64,000 nucleotides of DNA from positions 1-64,000 of the forward strand of contig JAWLHY010000010.1 of NCBI GenBank assembly GCA_041690135.1, read 5' to 3'. Every line of letters starts with the position of its first letter. Position 1 is the stretch's first letter. Made by a program: the position numbers and the translations under genes. Source of the stretch: Armatimonadota bacterium (GTDB taxonomy: Bacteria > Armatimonadota > SYMT01). The notes below the pieces were generated by a model that saw nothing but the letters and a program-made list of their open reading frames with translations, was not told the origin of the DNA and ran no database searches. Of this stretch, positions 18,114 to 28,624 are shown piece after piece.

Positions 18114-19631
18114 TCAGGCAAGTATCTCCTTGATGACGCGCGCGGGGTGGACGGAGGTGAGCTTTTCATCCAGGCCGTTCTGGGAGTAGACGACGCCCTC
18201 GTGGTGGAGGCCCAACAGGTGGAAGAGGGTGGCGTGCCAGTCCGGCACGCTAACCTTCTGTGAAGAGGCGGCAAGACCGATATCGTCGGTCTCGCCGTAC
18301 ATCAGGCCGCCGCGCACGCCCGCGCCGGCCAGCCAGGTACACATCGCGTTCTTGTTGTGGTCCCGTCCGGCCTTCTTCTCGTCTTTATCGGCGGGGAGTT
18401 GCGCGATGGGAAGCCGCCCGAACTCCCCGCCCCATACTACCAGTGTCTCGTCCAGGAGGCCGCGCTGCTTCAGGTCCTTCAAGAGCGCGGCGATGGGCTG
18501 GTCGGTCTTCAGACAAGAAGAGCGCATGCCGGCGTCGATCCGGTCGTGGTGGTCCCAGATCTGGCGATCGATGTAAATCTGCACGAAACGCACCCCGCGC
18601 TCCACCAGGCGGCGGGCGATCAAACAGCGGCGGGCATAGGAATCCGTGGGCGCCTTCCCCACGCCGTAGCTCTCCCGGGTTTGCGCGCTCTCGGTCGAGA
18701 GGTCGAGGGCATCCGTGGCGGCCAACTGCATCCGCGCCGCCAGCGCATAGGCCGAGATGCGGGCATCGAGCTGCGGGTAATGCGGGCGGCGGTCCCGATG
18801 GACCTGGTCGAGACGGGCGATCAGGTCCCGCTCCAGATTGACGACGGTCTCGGGGATCTCCACCTCTGGTTTCAGATTCAGCACGGGCGCCCCGGTGGCC
18901 CGGAAGCGGGTCCCCTGGTAGACGGGAGGCAAGAAGCCGGCGCTCCAGTTATCGACCCCGTTAACCGGCAGTCCGCCGGGGTCATCCAGCACCACGTACG
19001 CGGGCAGGTTCTGGTTGAGGGTTCCCAGCGCGTACGTGACCCAGGCGCCGAAGGTGGGGTGACCCGGTAACATATGCCCCGACTGGATCAGGTAAAGGGC
19101 CGGCTCGTGAGTGAGATTGGTGGTGTACATCGAGCGGATAAAGGCGATGTCGTCCACACAGGTCGCCAGGTGGGGCATCACCTCCGACACCCAGCAACCG
19201 GATTTCCCGTGTCGAGCGAACCGGAAGGGACTGCGCATCAGGGCGCCGGCCGCCTGCGGGTTCTCCACCTCCCCGGCGATCTTGCCGAAATACGCCTGTC
19301 CGTGATGGCGGTCGAGCTCCGGCTTGGGGTCGAACAGGTCCATCTGGCTCGGTCCCCCGTTCATGAACAGGTGGATGACCGCCTTCGCACGCGGTGCGAA
19401 GTGCGTGGCGCGCGGGGCCATGGGGTGGGCGGGATCGGGAGGGAGGCTGCGCGGATGGGTTGTGGCAGCGACCTCCTGCTGGAACAGGTGGGTCAGCGCC
19501 GCCCCGCAAATCCCTGCGCCTACCTGCTGAAACAGGCTCCGGCGGCTGGTCAGCACCGATCCCCCAGATGGCGTAGGCAGGTCAGCCCGTGACCTGTCTG
19601 GACAATCTTCCTTTGCGGAACGAAGTCTCAC
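18114..19631 (-). CDS. DUF1501 protein (Tat-like signal)
   Basis: SRRSLF, FMNGGPSQMDLFDPKP, ARRLVERGVRFVQ, WDHH, GEFGR, GRDH; true start probably somewhat downstream. Confidence 0.92.
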   Translation of the reverse strand: MRLRSAKEDCPDRSRADLPTPSGGSVLTSRRSLFQQVGAGICGAALTHLFQQEVAATTHPRSLPPDPAHPMAPRATHFAPRAKAVIHLFMNGGPSQMDLFDPKPELDRHHGQAYFGKIAGEVENPQAAGALMRSPFRFARHGKSGCWVSEVMPHLATCVDDIAFIRSMYTTNLTHEPALYLIQSGHMLPGHPTFGAWVTYALGTLNQNLPAYVVLDDPGGLPVNGVDNWSAGFLPPVYQGTRFRATGAPVLNLKPEVEIPETVVNLERDLIARLDQVHRDRRPHYPQLDARISAYALAARMQLAATDALDLSTESAQTRESYGVGKAPTDSYARRCLIARRLVERGVRFVQIYIDRQIWDHHDRIDAGMRSSCLKTDQPIAALLKDLKQRGLLDETLVVWGGEFGRLPIAQLPADKDEKKAGRDHNKNAMCTWLAGAGVRGGLMYGETDDIGLAASSQKVSVPDWHATLFHLLGLHHEGVVYSQNGLDEKLTSVHPARVIKEILA

Positions 19632-19714
19632 ATTAACTCCACGCGCAGCACAAGCACCAGGCCTCTTCTGCCCCCAACCCCCAAATGAACTTCAAGCCCT
19701 GGCACTCGAGGGTT

Positions 19715-19905
19715 GGTTCAACTTGATGACCTGCCAACCTACAAACCTTCCAACCTTCCAACGTCTAAACTTGCAACACAGCACCCTGTAAACGCCAAAC
19801 CTTACCCGTCATAAAGCTCCAACCTTCAACCCCCGGCCCCCGCGGGGGGCTTCAACCCTTGGCCCCCGAGGGGGGCTTCAACTTTCAACCTTCAACCTTC
19901 CAACT
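19715..19905. repeat. (TTCAACC)n / (TTCCAACC)n array with two tandem 20-bp hairpin inserts
   Basis: heptamer/octamer repeats; hairpin units at 19831-19850 and 19857-19876 each flanked by TTCAAC. Confidence 0.85.
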
Positions 19906-19931
19906 CTGATCCCACCCGGATCAACCCGCAC

Positions 19932-22900
19932 TCAGTCAATGTACATAAAGGCGGCGGTATTAATCAGTGCATGGCAATAGGTTTCGAGTGCCTTCTGTCC
20001 GGCGGCCGCGTCAGCCCGATTTTCCGGCAAGTTGCGCTTCCACTCCGCCGTGATAAGGGCCAGGTTTTCCACTCCCAGCCGCCGCTCTTCCGCCGTGGGT
20101 GGCCGGGACAGGGCCGTCCAGTAGGCAGCCTCCACCTGCCGAGCCGGGTCCTCTCCCGCTTCGCGGACGATGCGTGCGGCGAAGGCGAGGGCGAGGGCGT
20201 GGATGCGTCCGTTGTTGAGGAGTTGGAGCGCCTGCGGGGAGGCCGTTGCCTCGGAGCGGACGATACAGTTCGGGCTCAGCTGCGGGAGATCGAACGCCTC
20301 CAGCAGGGAAAGGGGCTGCTTGCGCCGCTGGGTCACATAGATACTCCGCCGCCATCCGCGCTCCGTCCCGGCCGCCAGCACCAAACCGTCCGCGCGCGCT
20401 TCCAGCCGATCCGGCCTGCCGAACCGTCGCTCGTCCAACTTCCCCGCCACTAGGAGCAGGCTATCGTAGAGGACCTCCCCCTCCATCCGCCTCAGCCGCA
20501 TACGCGAAAGCAGCCGGTTGTCGGGATCGAGCTTCAACATCCGCTGCGTGACTGTCGATGACTGCCGGTAGGCCCGGGAAGTCATGAGAAGGCGGTGAAG
20601 CCGCTTCAGACTCCATCCCAGGCCTCCGGCGGGGCCAGGGTCGAAGGATGAAGGATCACCCCTACGGGGTACCCGGATGAAGGATGAACCCGAACCGCCG
20701 GAATCAGGAACGGCTGACGGCAGCAGGTTCCCTCCCCCCCCTGCTCCCATCACCCGTGCCCCTTTGCGTCCTGCCAAAACGTAACTCTGACGGTCAACAG
20801 GCATCCCTCCCCCGGTGCCCCCTCCTCCCTTGCGCCCCTGCGTTTCGGTGACCGTACCCGACTCGCAGCCCACATCCCGACTGGTAAACAGGACCGCCAG
20901 AAAATCCAGAAGCTCCGGATGCGTGGGCGCGGCGCCCGTTTTGCCCAAGTTATCCAGGGTCTTGACCAGTCCCTGGCCGAAGTGGTGGTGCCACACACGA
21001 TTGACAATGACGCGGGCGGTCAGGGGATTCTCGGGTCGGACCAGCCACCGCGCGAAGGAGAGCCGGCGGCCCGTTTTCTTCGCACCGGGCCAGGGCGGGC
21101 GGGCCAGGTAGGGGGCGCGGGGATCGGCAAGGACGGCCGGCACCCCGGGCTCCACCGGTATCCCTGGAGTGAGATAGTTGCCCCGGCGGTAGAGGTAGGC
21201 CGGCGAGGGGTCTCCGCGATCCCACAGAGCCCGGATGAGGGGCTGGGGCTCCCGCCTACTTTCCAGTTCTTTGATGCGGGCCTCGGTCTGTTCGGCTAGC
21301 TTGCGGTATTCCGGGTGGCGCTTCCGGAGATCGCCATCGTCCGCCTTCGCGCCCGGTGCATTCCCCGCACCGCGAAGCTCTTTAGCGCGGGCCGCGAGAG
21401 CTTGCCGCAGCCTGCCGATCTCCTCTGTGATCGCCCGCTCTCCTTCATCCCACTTCCGGCGCTCCGCGGTGGAGACGTAAGGAAGATAGCGCAATCGGGA
21501 GAGGTCCGGTCCAGGACGGTCGCCGGCATGCGGGATCAGCCAATCGTGCTCATCCAGCGCCCCACGGAAGATTGCGGTGAGGGCGTAGTAGTCCTTCTGC
21601 GTGATCGGATCGAATTTGTGGTCGTGGCATTTGGCACAGCGCAGCGTGAGGCCCAACACGGACGACGAGAGTACGGTGACCGCATCCGAGATGACGTCGA
21701 GCCGGTCCGGAACGAAGCCGGTGATCGGTGCGAAAGTGCCGTCAGTCGCCATCCGTAGAAATCCGGTAGCCACGAGATTGTCCGCCATCTCCGGTGTGAT
21801 CTCCGGGGCGTTCTCATAGTCTGCCAGCTCATCGCCGGCGATTTGCTCTAGCAGAAAGCGGTCGTACGGCTTATCGCTGTTTAAGGAGCGGATCACGTAA
21901 TCTCGATACCGCCAGGCGTGGGGGCGCAGCGGATCGGCATCCTGGATCCCTTCCGAGTCGGAATAGCCGGCCAGGTCGAGCCAGTGACGCCCCCACCGCT
22001 CCCCATACCGGGGCGAAGCGAGGAGGCGGTCGATGAGTTTCTCGTAGGAGTTTGGGGAGCGATCCGCTAGGAACGCCTTGGCCTCCTCTGGCGAGGGCGG
22101 AAGTCCCGTCAGATCAAAATACGCCCGGCGAAGGAGCGTGAGGCGGTCCGCTTCCGGCGCGAAGGTCAACCCCTGCTTCTCCAAATGTGCCAGGATGAAG
22201 GCATCGATGGGATTGTGCACCAGCCGCGCGTTTTTTGCGGCAGGAACCCTGGGGCGCTTGGGGGGGCGGAAGGCCCAGTGAATAGGTTGGGTGCGTGCTG
22301 CGCGTTGGGTATCGCGTAAGGGAACCACCCCCGCCCCCGAGCCGCCACGATTGCCCTGCGTTCCGGCCCCCTCTCCCCTGGCCCCAGGCACCCTACCCCC
22401 CAGCCCCCTTGCTTCCCAACTGGCGCCGGTGGCGATCCAGCGGGTGAGGAGGGCGACCTCCGCCGGATCCATCGGCTTGACGCTCACTTCGACCACGCGG
22501 CGGGGCGGCGGCATCTCTCCAGCGTGGATTCGTTTGAGAAGAAGACTCTCCTCCGGCTTACCCGGCACGATCGCGGGACCCGACTTTCCGCCGCGGACCA
22601 TGGACTCCCGGGTGCGCAGGTCCAGGCCGCCTTCCTGCTTCCGGTTTCCGTGACATACCGTGCAGCGCAAGTACATCAGCGGTTCGATGTCGTGCCGGGT
22701 TGCCGATGGCGTAGGTGGCGTGGCCACACGGACCCAGGTACGAAGGAGGGCCACTTCGCTCGCAGGCAGGCGAGAAAAACCCTTCGGCGGCATCCGGCCG
22801 GCTACGATCTCACGCAGCAGGGCACTCTCTTCCGGCTTCCCCGCCACCACGACCGGACCGGCATCCCCACCTCTCCAGATTCCGGCTACGGATGTCAGGT

Positions 22901-23111
22901 CGAGCCCTGCCTTACCCGCGGTGGCGTCGTGGCAGGTGCCACATCGCCGCTTCAAGACCGCTAGCGCTTCCTGGTCCGGGCCGTTCTCCTCCGCAGATCC
23001 CCGTCCAGGAAGTGACAGCAACGCCAGAATCCCGGCCACCAGCCAGGCAGAAGCGCCGAGGAGCCAGGAGTGACGTCTCTTTCGTTGGTGGGGCGGTTTG
23101 CGCATGTCCAT
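19932..23111 (-). CDS. DUF1549/DUF1553 protein with two N-terminal planctomycete cytochrome c domains
   Basis: [50 protein letters not shown]; start 23111 or 23105. Confidence 0.92.
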   Translation of the reverse strand: MDMRKPPHQRKRRHSWLLGASAWLVAGILALLSLPGRGSAEENGPDQEALAVLKRRCGTCHDATAGKAGLDLTSVAGIWRGGDAGPVVVAGKPEESALLREIVAGRMPPKGFSRLPASEVALLRTWVRVATPPTPSATRHDIEPLMYLRCTVCHGNRKQEGGLDLRTRESMVRGGKSGPAIVPGKPEESLLLKRIHAGEMPPPRRVVEVSVKPMDPAEVALLTRWIATGASWEARGLGGRVPGARGEGAGTQGNRGGSGAGVVPLRDTQRAARTQPIHWAFRPPKRPRVPAAKNARLVHNPIDAFILAHLEKQGLTFAPEADRLTLLRRAYFDLTGLPPSPEEAKAFLADRSPNSYEKLIDRLLASPRYGERWGRHWLDLAGYSDSEGIQDADPLRPHAWRYRDYVIRSLNSDKPYDRFLLEQIAGDELADYENAPEITPEMADNLVATGFLRMATDGTFAPITGFVPDRLDVISDAVTVLSSSVLGLTLRCAKCHDHKFDPITQKDYYALTAIFRGALDEHDWLIPHAGDRPGPDLSRLRYLPYVSTAERRKWDEGERAITEEIGRLRQALAARAKELRGAGNAPGAKADDGDLRKRHPEYRKLAEQTEARIKELESRREPQPLIRALWDRGDPSPAYLYRRGNYLTPGIPVEPGVPAVLADPRAPYLARPPWPGAKKTGRRLSFARWLVRPENPLTARVIVNRVWHHHFGQGLVKTLDNLGKTGAAPTHPELLDFLAVLFTSRDVGCESGTVTETQGRKGGGGTGGGMPVDRQSYVLAGRKGARVMGAGGGGNLLPSAVPDSGGSGSSFIRVPRRGDPSSFDPGPAGGLGWSLKRLHRLLMTSRAYRQSSTVTQRMLKLDPDNRLLSRMRLRRMEGEVLYDSLLLVAGKLDERRFGRPDRLEARADGLVLAAGTERGWRRSIYVTQRRKQPLSLLEAFDLPQLSPNCIVRSEATASPQALQLLNNGRIHALALAFAARIVREAGEDPARQVEAAYWTALSRPPTAEERRLGVENLALITAEWKRNLPENRADAAAGQKALETYCHALINTAAFMYID

Positions 23112-23323
23112 GTCTGACACCCCACACCTTTCGCGGTTGCGGGCCAGCGTGAAGCGGCGACATCCTCACTACACGCATCCGGGTACGGAGCGCGGCGGCG
23201 GCCGTGATCCACGGGGTCGTTTGCGACCGGCGGTTCGTCCGCGCGGTGGGGCTTCCCGTTTACTGCCTCGGCTCTCATCCTTTCGCCAGCGGGCGCGAGG
23301 ACTGCGGATGTTGCGTGAGAAGC

Positions 23324-23947
23324 TCAATCGCAATTCGTATGCATCCACCGGGATGCGAAAACCGCACACGCTGCCGCTGCACCCTGGCCCAGGCTGGGGA
23401 GTGCATACCAGACACCCGCGGGTGCCAGCCGTCGCAGTTCCTCCAGCGCGGGCTCGATGTGGACACCCGACTGCTCGCCTCCGAATGCCGTCAGCGCCAC
23501 TGTCGCGAGCAGCGCCCCCAGGAGCAAACTCGTCCAACCGCCCGCAACAACCTCTTCCCCCTCGAATACCTCCACATACCCGCCGAGCCGGCTTGACCGG
23601 AGGTTGGGAAGAGCGAAGAACCACACAAGCGGTACTACGGTCAGTAGGAACCATCCGGCCCCTTGACCGCGACCGCCTCCCGACTCAAGCGTCAACCAGG
23701 CCGCAACGAACCGGAAGAACGCGCCTCCAGTGATGAGCCCTCCCGTTGCCATCAACAGACAACCCCCGGCCAGGCCTGCAATAACCGCCAGAGAGATGTG
23801 CCGCACCTCGCACCAGGTAGCCTGGGCGGCCCGCCGGACGTCTTCCATTGCCTCTTCTCTCAGGAAGGATTCGCATTGGACGCAGAGATCAAGGCCGGTG
23901 GGATTCGGATAGTTGCAGAATGGGCAGCGAAGGTAATCTGAAGGCAT
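23324..23947 (-). CDS. membrane protein with N-terminal zinc ribbon
   Basis: CPFC...CVQC followed by several hydrophobic segments; GGAGG RBS. Confidence 0.7.
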   Translation of the reverse strand: MPSDYLRCPFCNYPNPTGLDLCVQCESFLREEAMEDVRRAAQATWCEVRHISLAVIAGLAGGCLLMATGGLITGGAFFRFVAAWLTLESGGGRGQGAGWFLLTVVPLVWFFALPNLRSSRLGGYVEVFEGEEVVAGGWTSLLLGALLATVALTAFGGEQSGVHIEPALEELRRLAPAGVWYALPSLGQGAAAACAVFASRWMHTNCD

Positions 23948-24183
23948 CGGCGGTCCCTCCCCGACTGCTCAACGCTGTCGCCCCCATCCTGGTTGCGGTC
24001 AGCCTCGCGCCGAATGATCAATTCTGAACAACTCCGCCCGGAGGGGGCTTCGTAGCCCGCGGCGAAGCAGGTAACACCTGCTCAATGGCACTGGGCTGGA
24101 AGCGTGCGAAACTTCGCGGCGCCGTTCGTGACAGGAATCTAGGTCTCCAGTCAACTCCGCCCTGCAGGCAAGGAAAGTAAAGG

Positions 24184-26688
24184 ATGTCCACGAACCACAG
24201 CAGACAACGGACTAAGCATCGGCGAACAGCCGCGCTGGTCGTGCTGGTACCGCTGGGGTTATCTTTCGCTGCGGCGGCCGCCCCGGCGACCCGGGCGGCG
24301 AAGACGGGAGCGAACGGCGACACTACCGGGATCCCCGCGGTAGACTTTAGCCGCCAGATCCTTCCCCTGCTGGCGGACCGCTGTTTCAACTGTCACGGGC
24401 CGGATGCCGCGAAGAGCGGGGCGGGGCTGCGGCTGGACGTGCGGGAAGGCGCCTTGGCCCGGCGTCCGAACGGACGCGCGGCCATCGTCCCCGGCAAGCC
24501 GGAAACGAGCGAGTTTGTCCGTCGAATCCTGGCCGAAAACGGGTCCGTGATGCCGCCGCGCCACTCGAACAAGACCCTGAGCCACTCCGAAAAGGAACTC
24601 CTCAAGCAGTGGATCGCGGAGGGCGCGGAATACCGGCGCCATTGGGCTTTCGTCGCACCGAAGCGCCCCGCCTTACCCCGCGTAAAGTGGAAGGGCTGGG
24701 TCCGTAATCCTATCGATGCCTTTGTGTTGGCACGCCTGGAACGCGAAGGCCTCCAACCGGCGCCGACGGCTGACCGCACCACTCTGATCCGCCGGCTCTC
24801 GCTCGACCTGACGGGCGTGCCGCCCACCCCCGCGGAAGTGGACGCCTTTCTGGCGGACCGTTCCCCCGATGCCTATGAAAAGGTGGTCGATCGCCTCCTC
24901 GCCTCGCCGCGCTATGGGGAGCGGATGGCCTGGGACTGGCTCGACGCGGCGCGCTACGCTGATACCAACGGCTACCAGGGCGACCGCACGCGCACCATGT
25001 GGTTCTGGCGTGACTGGGTGATCGATGCCTTCAACCGGAACATGCCGTTCGACCAGTTCACGGTAGAGCAGCTCGCGGGAGACCTCCTGCCAAATGCCAC
25101 GGTCGCCCAGAAGATCGCTACCGGCTTCAACCGCAACCACATGTTGAATGGCGAAGGCGGGCGTATCCCGGAAGAGTCGCGCGTGGATTACGTGGTGGAC
25201 CGGGTGGACACCACCTCCACAGTGTGGATGGGGCTGACGGTCGGCTGCGCCCGGTGCCACGACCACAAGTATGACCCGATCACGCAGAAGGAATACTACG
25301 GGCTCTTCGCCTACTTCAACAACCTGCCCGAAACGGGCTCCGTAGACCGCAACGGCCAGGCGAACCCGGTGCTCCTCCTCCCTACCCCCGCCCACAGGGC
25401 GCGACTGGAAGAGCTGACGAGAAAAGTGCAGACCCTGGAGGCCGAGCTGAAGGCCGCCGCCGACCCCGCGAAGGCCGAGGCACAGTCGCGGCTGGACGCG
25501 GCCCGAAAGGCGCTGCGCGATACCGAGAACTCGATCCCGGCGGCCATGGTGATGGCCGAGCGCCCGGAGCCCCGCGAGACTTTCGTCCTGCTCAAGGGCG
25601 CCTACGATAAGCCCGGCGAGAAGGTGGCCGCCGGCATTCCCTCGGTCCTTCCACCCCTTCCGGCCGGGAACGCCGTCCCGAACAACCGCTTGGCGCTGGC
25701 CCGGTGGCTGGTTTCTCCGGAGCATCCACTCACCGCGCGGGTGACGGTGAACCGCTTCTGGCAGTCGATTTTCGGGACCGGTCTTGTGAAGACCTCGGAA
25801 GACTTCGGCATCCAGGGTGAGTTGCCGTCCCCCCCGGTGCTCGTGGACTATTGGGCCAGCACCTTCGGCGCCGGGGTCAGGGGTCAGGGGTCGGAGTCCG
25901 GAGACACCAACCCCCAGCCCCTGACCCCTGACCCCGCCGCAGGCCTGGCCTGGAACCTCAAAGCTCTGTTAAAGCTCATCGTCACTTCGAACACCTACAA
26001 GCAGTCGTCGCGCGTGACGCCGGAACTGTTGGCGCGGGACCCGGAGAACCGGCTGTTGGCGCGAGGAGCGCGTTACCGGCTCACTTCCGCTGCGATCCGG
26101 GACCAGGCGCTGGCAGCGAGCGGTCTCCTGGTGGAAAAGGTGGGTGGCCCGCCTGTAAAGCCGTACCAGCCCCCTGGCGTATGGGCGGATGCCACGTTCG
26201 GCAAGATCACCTATCAACAGGATAAGGGCGAGGCGCTCTACCGCCGTAGCCTCTATACCTTCTGGCGGCGGATCGTGGGACCCACGAACCTGTTCGATAC
26301 GGCCGCGCGCCAACAGTGCACGGTCCGGACAGCACGGACCAACACGCCGCTCCACGCCTTGACCCTGTTGAACGACATCACCTACGTGGAGGCGGCGCGC
26401 ACCCTGGCGCAGCGGGTCATGACAGGCGAGGTAGCGCCACAGCGCCGGATTGAAAGCGCGTTCCGGCTGGCGGCGTCCCGGCTACCACGCCCCACGGAGT
26501 CGATGATTCTGCTTCAGCGCCTGGAGCGGCTGCGAGAGCAGTATGCGGCCGATCCAGCTGCGGCGAAGAAGCTTTTGAGCATCGGTGATTCGCCCCGGGA
26601 TGAGAAGCTGGATGCCGTCGAACACGCCGCCTACACCGGGCTGTGCAGCCTCATCCTCAACCTGGACGAAGTCATCACACGGGAGTAG
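24184..26688 (+). CDS. DUF1549/DUF1553 protein with cytochrome c domain
   Basis: CFNCHGPD, HWAF, YGERMAWDWLD, CARCHDHKYDP, RRSLYTFW, TNTPLHAL. Confidence 0.93.
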   Translation: MSTNHSRQRTKHRRTAALVVLVPLGLSFAAAAAPATRAAKTGANGDTTGIPAVDFSRQILPLLADRCFNCHGPDAAKSGAGLRLDVREGALARRPNGRAAIVPGKPETSEFVRRILAENGSVMPPRHSNKTLSHSEKELLKQWIAEGAEYRRHWAFVAPKRPALPRVKWKGWVRNPIDAFVLARLEREGLQPAPTADRTTLIRRLSLDLTGVPPTPAEVDAFLADRSPDAYEKVVDRLLASPRYGERMAWDWLDAARYADTNGYQGDRTRTMWFWRDWVIDAFNRNMPFDQFTVEQLAGDLLPNATVAQKIATGFNRNHMLNGEGGRIPEESRVDYVVDRVDTTSTVWMGLTVGCARCHDHKYDPITQKEYYGLFAYFNNLPETGSVDRNGQANPVLLLPTPAHRARLEELTRKVQTLEAELKAAADPAKAEAQSRLDAARKALRDTENSIPAAMVMAERPEPRETFVLLKGAYDKPGEKVAAGIPSVLPPLPAGNAVPNNRLALARWLVSPEHPLTARVTVNRFWQSIFGTGLVKTSEDFGIQGELPSPPVLVDYWASTFGAGVRGQGSESGDTNPQPLTPDPAAGLAWNLKALLKLIVTSNTYKQSSRVTPELLARDPENRLLARGARYRLTSAAIRDQALAASGLLVEKVGGPPVKPYQPPGVWADATFGKITYQQDKGEALYRRSLYTFWRRIVGPTNLFDTAARQQCTVRTARTNTPLHALTLLNDITYVEAARTLAQRVMTGEVAPQRRIESAFRLAASRLPRPTESMILLQRLERLREQYAADPAAAKKLLSIGDSPRDEKLDAVEHAAYTGLCSLILNLDEVITRE

Positions 26689-27116
26689 GTTGGGTTCACC
26701 GCAAAGACGCTGAGCAGCGCAAAGGGCCGCAAAGTAGGGATGACGAGAAGACACAGATTTCACAGCACGGCACAGCCGCACCCGAACCGGTTCCGGTCTC
26801 CTGAGGTAGCAGAGGGGCTTGTCCCCGTTGGTCACGGTGCGCGCCAAATGCGGACCATACCCGTACCTGAGGACGGCCAGCCTGTTCTGGCAACGGAACC
26901 AGCCTCCTGTATACCGCTACTCCGCTGGATCCCGGAGCCGCTGTCCTGGTCACGATGATCCCGCGGTGACTGGAGTCCCCTAATGATCACTGGAGACTCT
27001 GGCTGCGTAATGCGTGAAGGCTCGGGCGGGATGGGAGCTGGTTTGGCAGTAGCGAAGGGGTCAGAGTTGCGGTGGAATGGGTACTGTGAGCGATCGCTTG
27101 GGATTGGAGTGGTTGG

Positions 27117-28607
27117 ATGACTTCTGAACGAGAATTTCAGCGGATGTTGACCCGGCGCGCGCTGTTTGGGCGCGGCGCGGGTGGGCTCGGCGTGGCGGCG
27201 CTGGCATCCCTCCTGCAATCGGAAGCGCAGGGCGCGGCGGGTTCCCCCACACGCGATACGAAACACGCAACACGGGGCAATCCGCAAGCCGCATTGCCTT
27301 CCACACACTTCCCGCCAAAAGCCAAGCGCGTCATCTATCTCCTGCAGAACGGGGCGCCGACCCACTTGGACCTGTTCGACTATAAGCCGAAACTGAAGGA
27401 GATGATGGGGCAGGAGATTCCGCCTTCGGTCCAGGGCGGGCAGCGCTTGAGCACGATGACGCAGGGACAGAAGTCGAAGCCGCTGTTGCCCAACATCACC
27501 ACGTTCAAGCAGTATGGAGAGAGCGGGGCGTGGGTGTGCAACTTCCTCCCCCACACCGCTTCCATCGCGGACGACCTCTGCTTCATCAAATCGATGCATA
27601 CCGAGGCGATCAACCACGCCCCGGCGATCACGTTCTTCCTCACTGGGGCGGAGATTCCCGGGCGACCCAGCATGGGGGCCTGGCTCTCCTACGGGCTGGG
27701 CAGCGACACCCAGGACCTGCCCTCATTCGTAGTGATGACTTCTCGCGATAAGGAAGCCTCCTGCGGCCAAATCTTCTACGACTACTACTGGGGCAGCGGC
27801 TTCTTGCCGACCCGCTACCAGGGCGTGAAGTTCCGTGGAGGCGGGGACCCGGTCCTTTATCTCTCTAATCCGGAGGGGATGAGCCGGGAAGTGCGCCGAG
27901 GCTTGCTGGACGACCTGGCCCGGCTGAACCGTCTCAAGCTGGAGGAGAACGGTGACCCCGAGATCGCGACCCGCATCTCCCAATACGAGCTGGCCTACCG
28001 GATGCAGGCCTCCGTCCCCGAACTGACCGACGTGACGAAGGAGCCGAAGCACATCCTGGAGATGTACGGTCCCGACGTGACCCGTCCCGGATCCTACGCC
28101 TACAACTGCCTGCTGGCCCGTCGCCTCGCGGAGCGCGGCGTGCGTTTCGTACAGCTCATGCACGCCGGCTGGGACCAGCACCGCAACCTGACGTATCAAT
28201 TGGAAACCCAATGCAAAGATACGGACCAGCCCTCGGCGGCGCTGGTTAAGGACCTGAAGCAGCGCGGGATGCTGGAGGACACCCTGGTGATCTGGGGCGG
28301 CGAGTTTGGCCGCACCTCGTTCCTCCAGGGCGATATCAAGGACACCCGGAACTGGGGCCGCGACCATCACCCGCGCTGTTTCACGATCTGGATGGCGGGC
28401 GGCGGGATTCGGCCGGGAGTCTCCTATGGCGAGACGGACGATTTTGCCTACAACGTGGCAAAAGACCCCGTGCACGTCCACGATTTCCAGGCGACGGTGC
28501 TCCATTGCCTGGGAATCAACCACGAGCGCCTGACGTTCAAGTTCCAGGGACGGCAGTTCCGCCTCACGGACGTGGCGGGACAGGTGGTTAGGGGTGTCCT
28601 GGCCTGA
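27117..28607 (+). CDS. DUF1501 protein
   Basis: TRRALF, QNGAPTHLDLFDYKP, ARRLAERGVRFVQ, WDQH, GEFGRT, GRDHH. Confidence 0.94.
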   Translation: MTSEREFQRMLTRRALFGRGAGGLGVAALASLLQSEAQGAAGSPTRDTKHATRGNPQAALPSTHFPPKAKRVIYLLQNGAPTHLDLFDYKPKLKEMMGQEIPPSVQGGQRLSTMTQGQKSKPLLPNITTFKQYGESGAWVCNFLPHTASIADDLCFIKSMHTEAINHAPAITFFLTGAEIPGRPSMGAWLSYGLGSDTQDLPSFVVMTSRDKEASCGQIFYDYYWGSGFLPTRYQGVKFRGGGDPVLYLSNPEGMSREVRRGLLDDLARLNRLKLEENGDPEIATRISQYELAYRMQASVPELTDVTKEPKHILEMYGPDVTRPGSYAYNCLLARRLAERGVRFVQLMHAGWDQHRNLTYQLETQCKDTDQPSAALVKDLKQRGMLEDTLVIWGGEFGRTSFLQGDIKDTRNWGRDHHPRCFTIWMAGGGIRPGVSYGETDDFAYNVAKDPVHVHDFQATVLHCLGINHERLTFKFQGRQFRLTDVAGQVVRGVLA

Positions 28608-28624
28608 GAGTTGTAGCTAGTCTC

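Noticed and set aside
20622-20880. Intein or self-splicing intron in the DUF1553 gene
   Set aside because: No Cys/Ser start with His-Asn end at the boundaries, no group I/II intron hallmarks; the sequence is low-complexity and repeat-derived.
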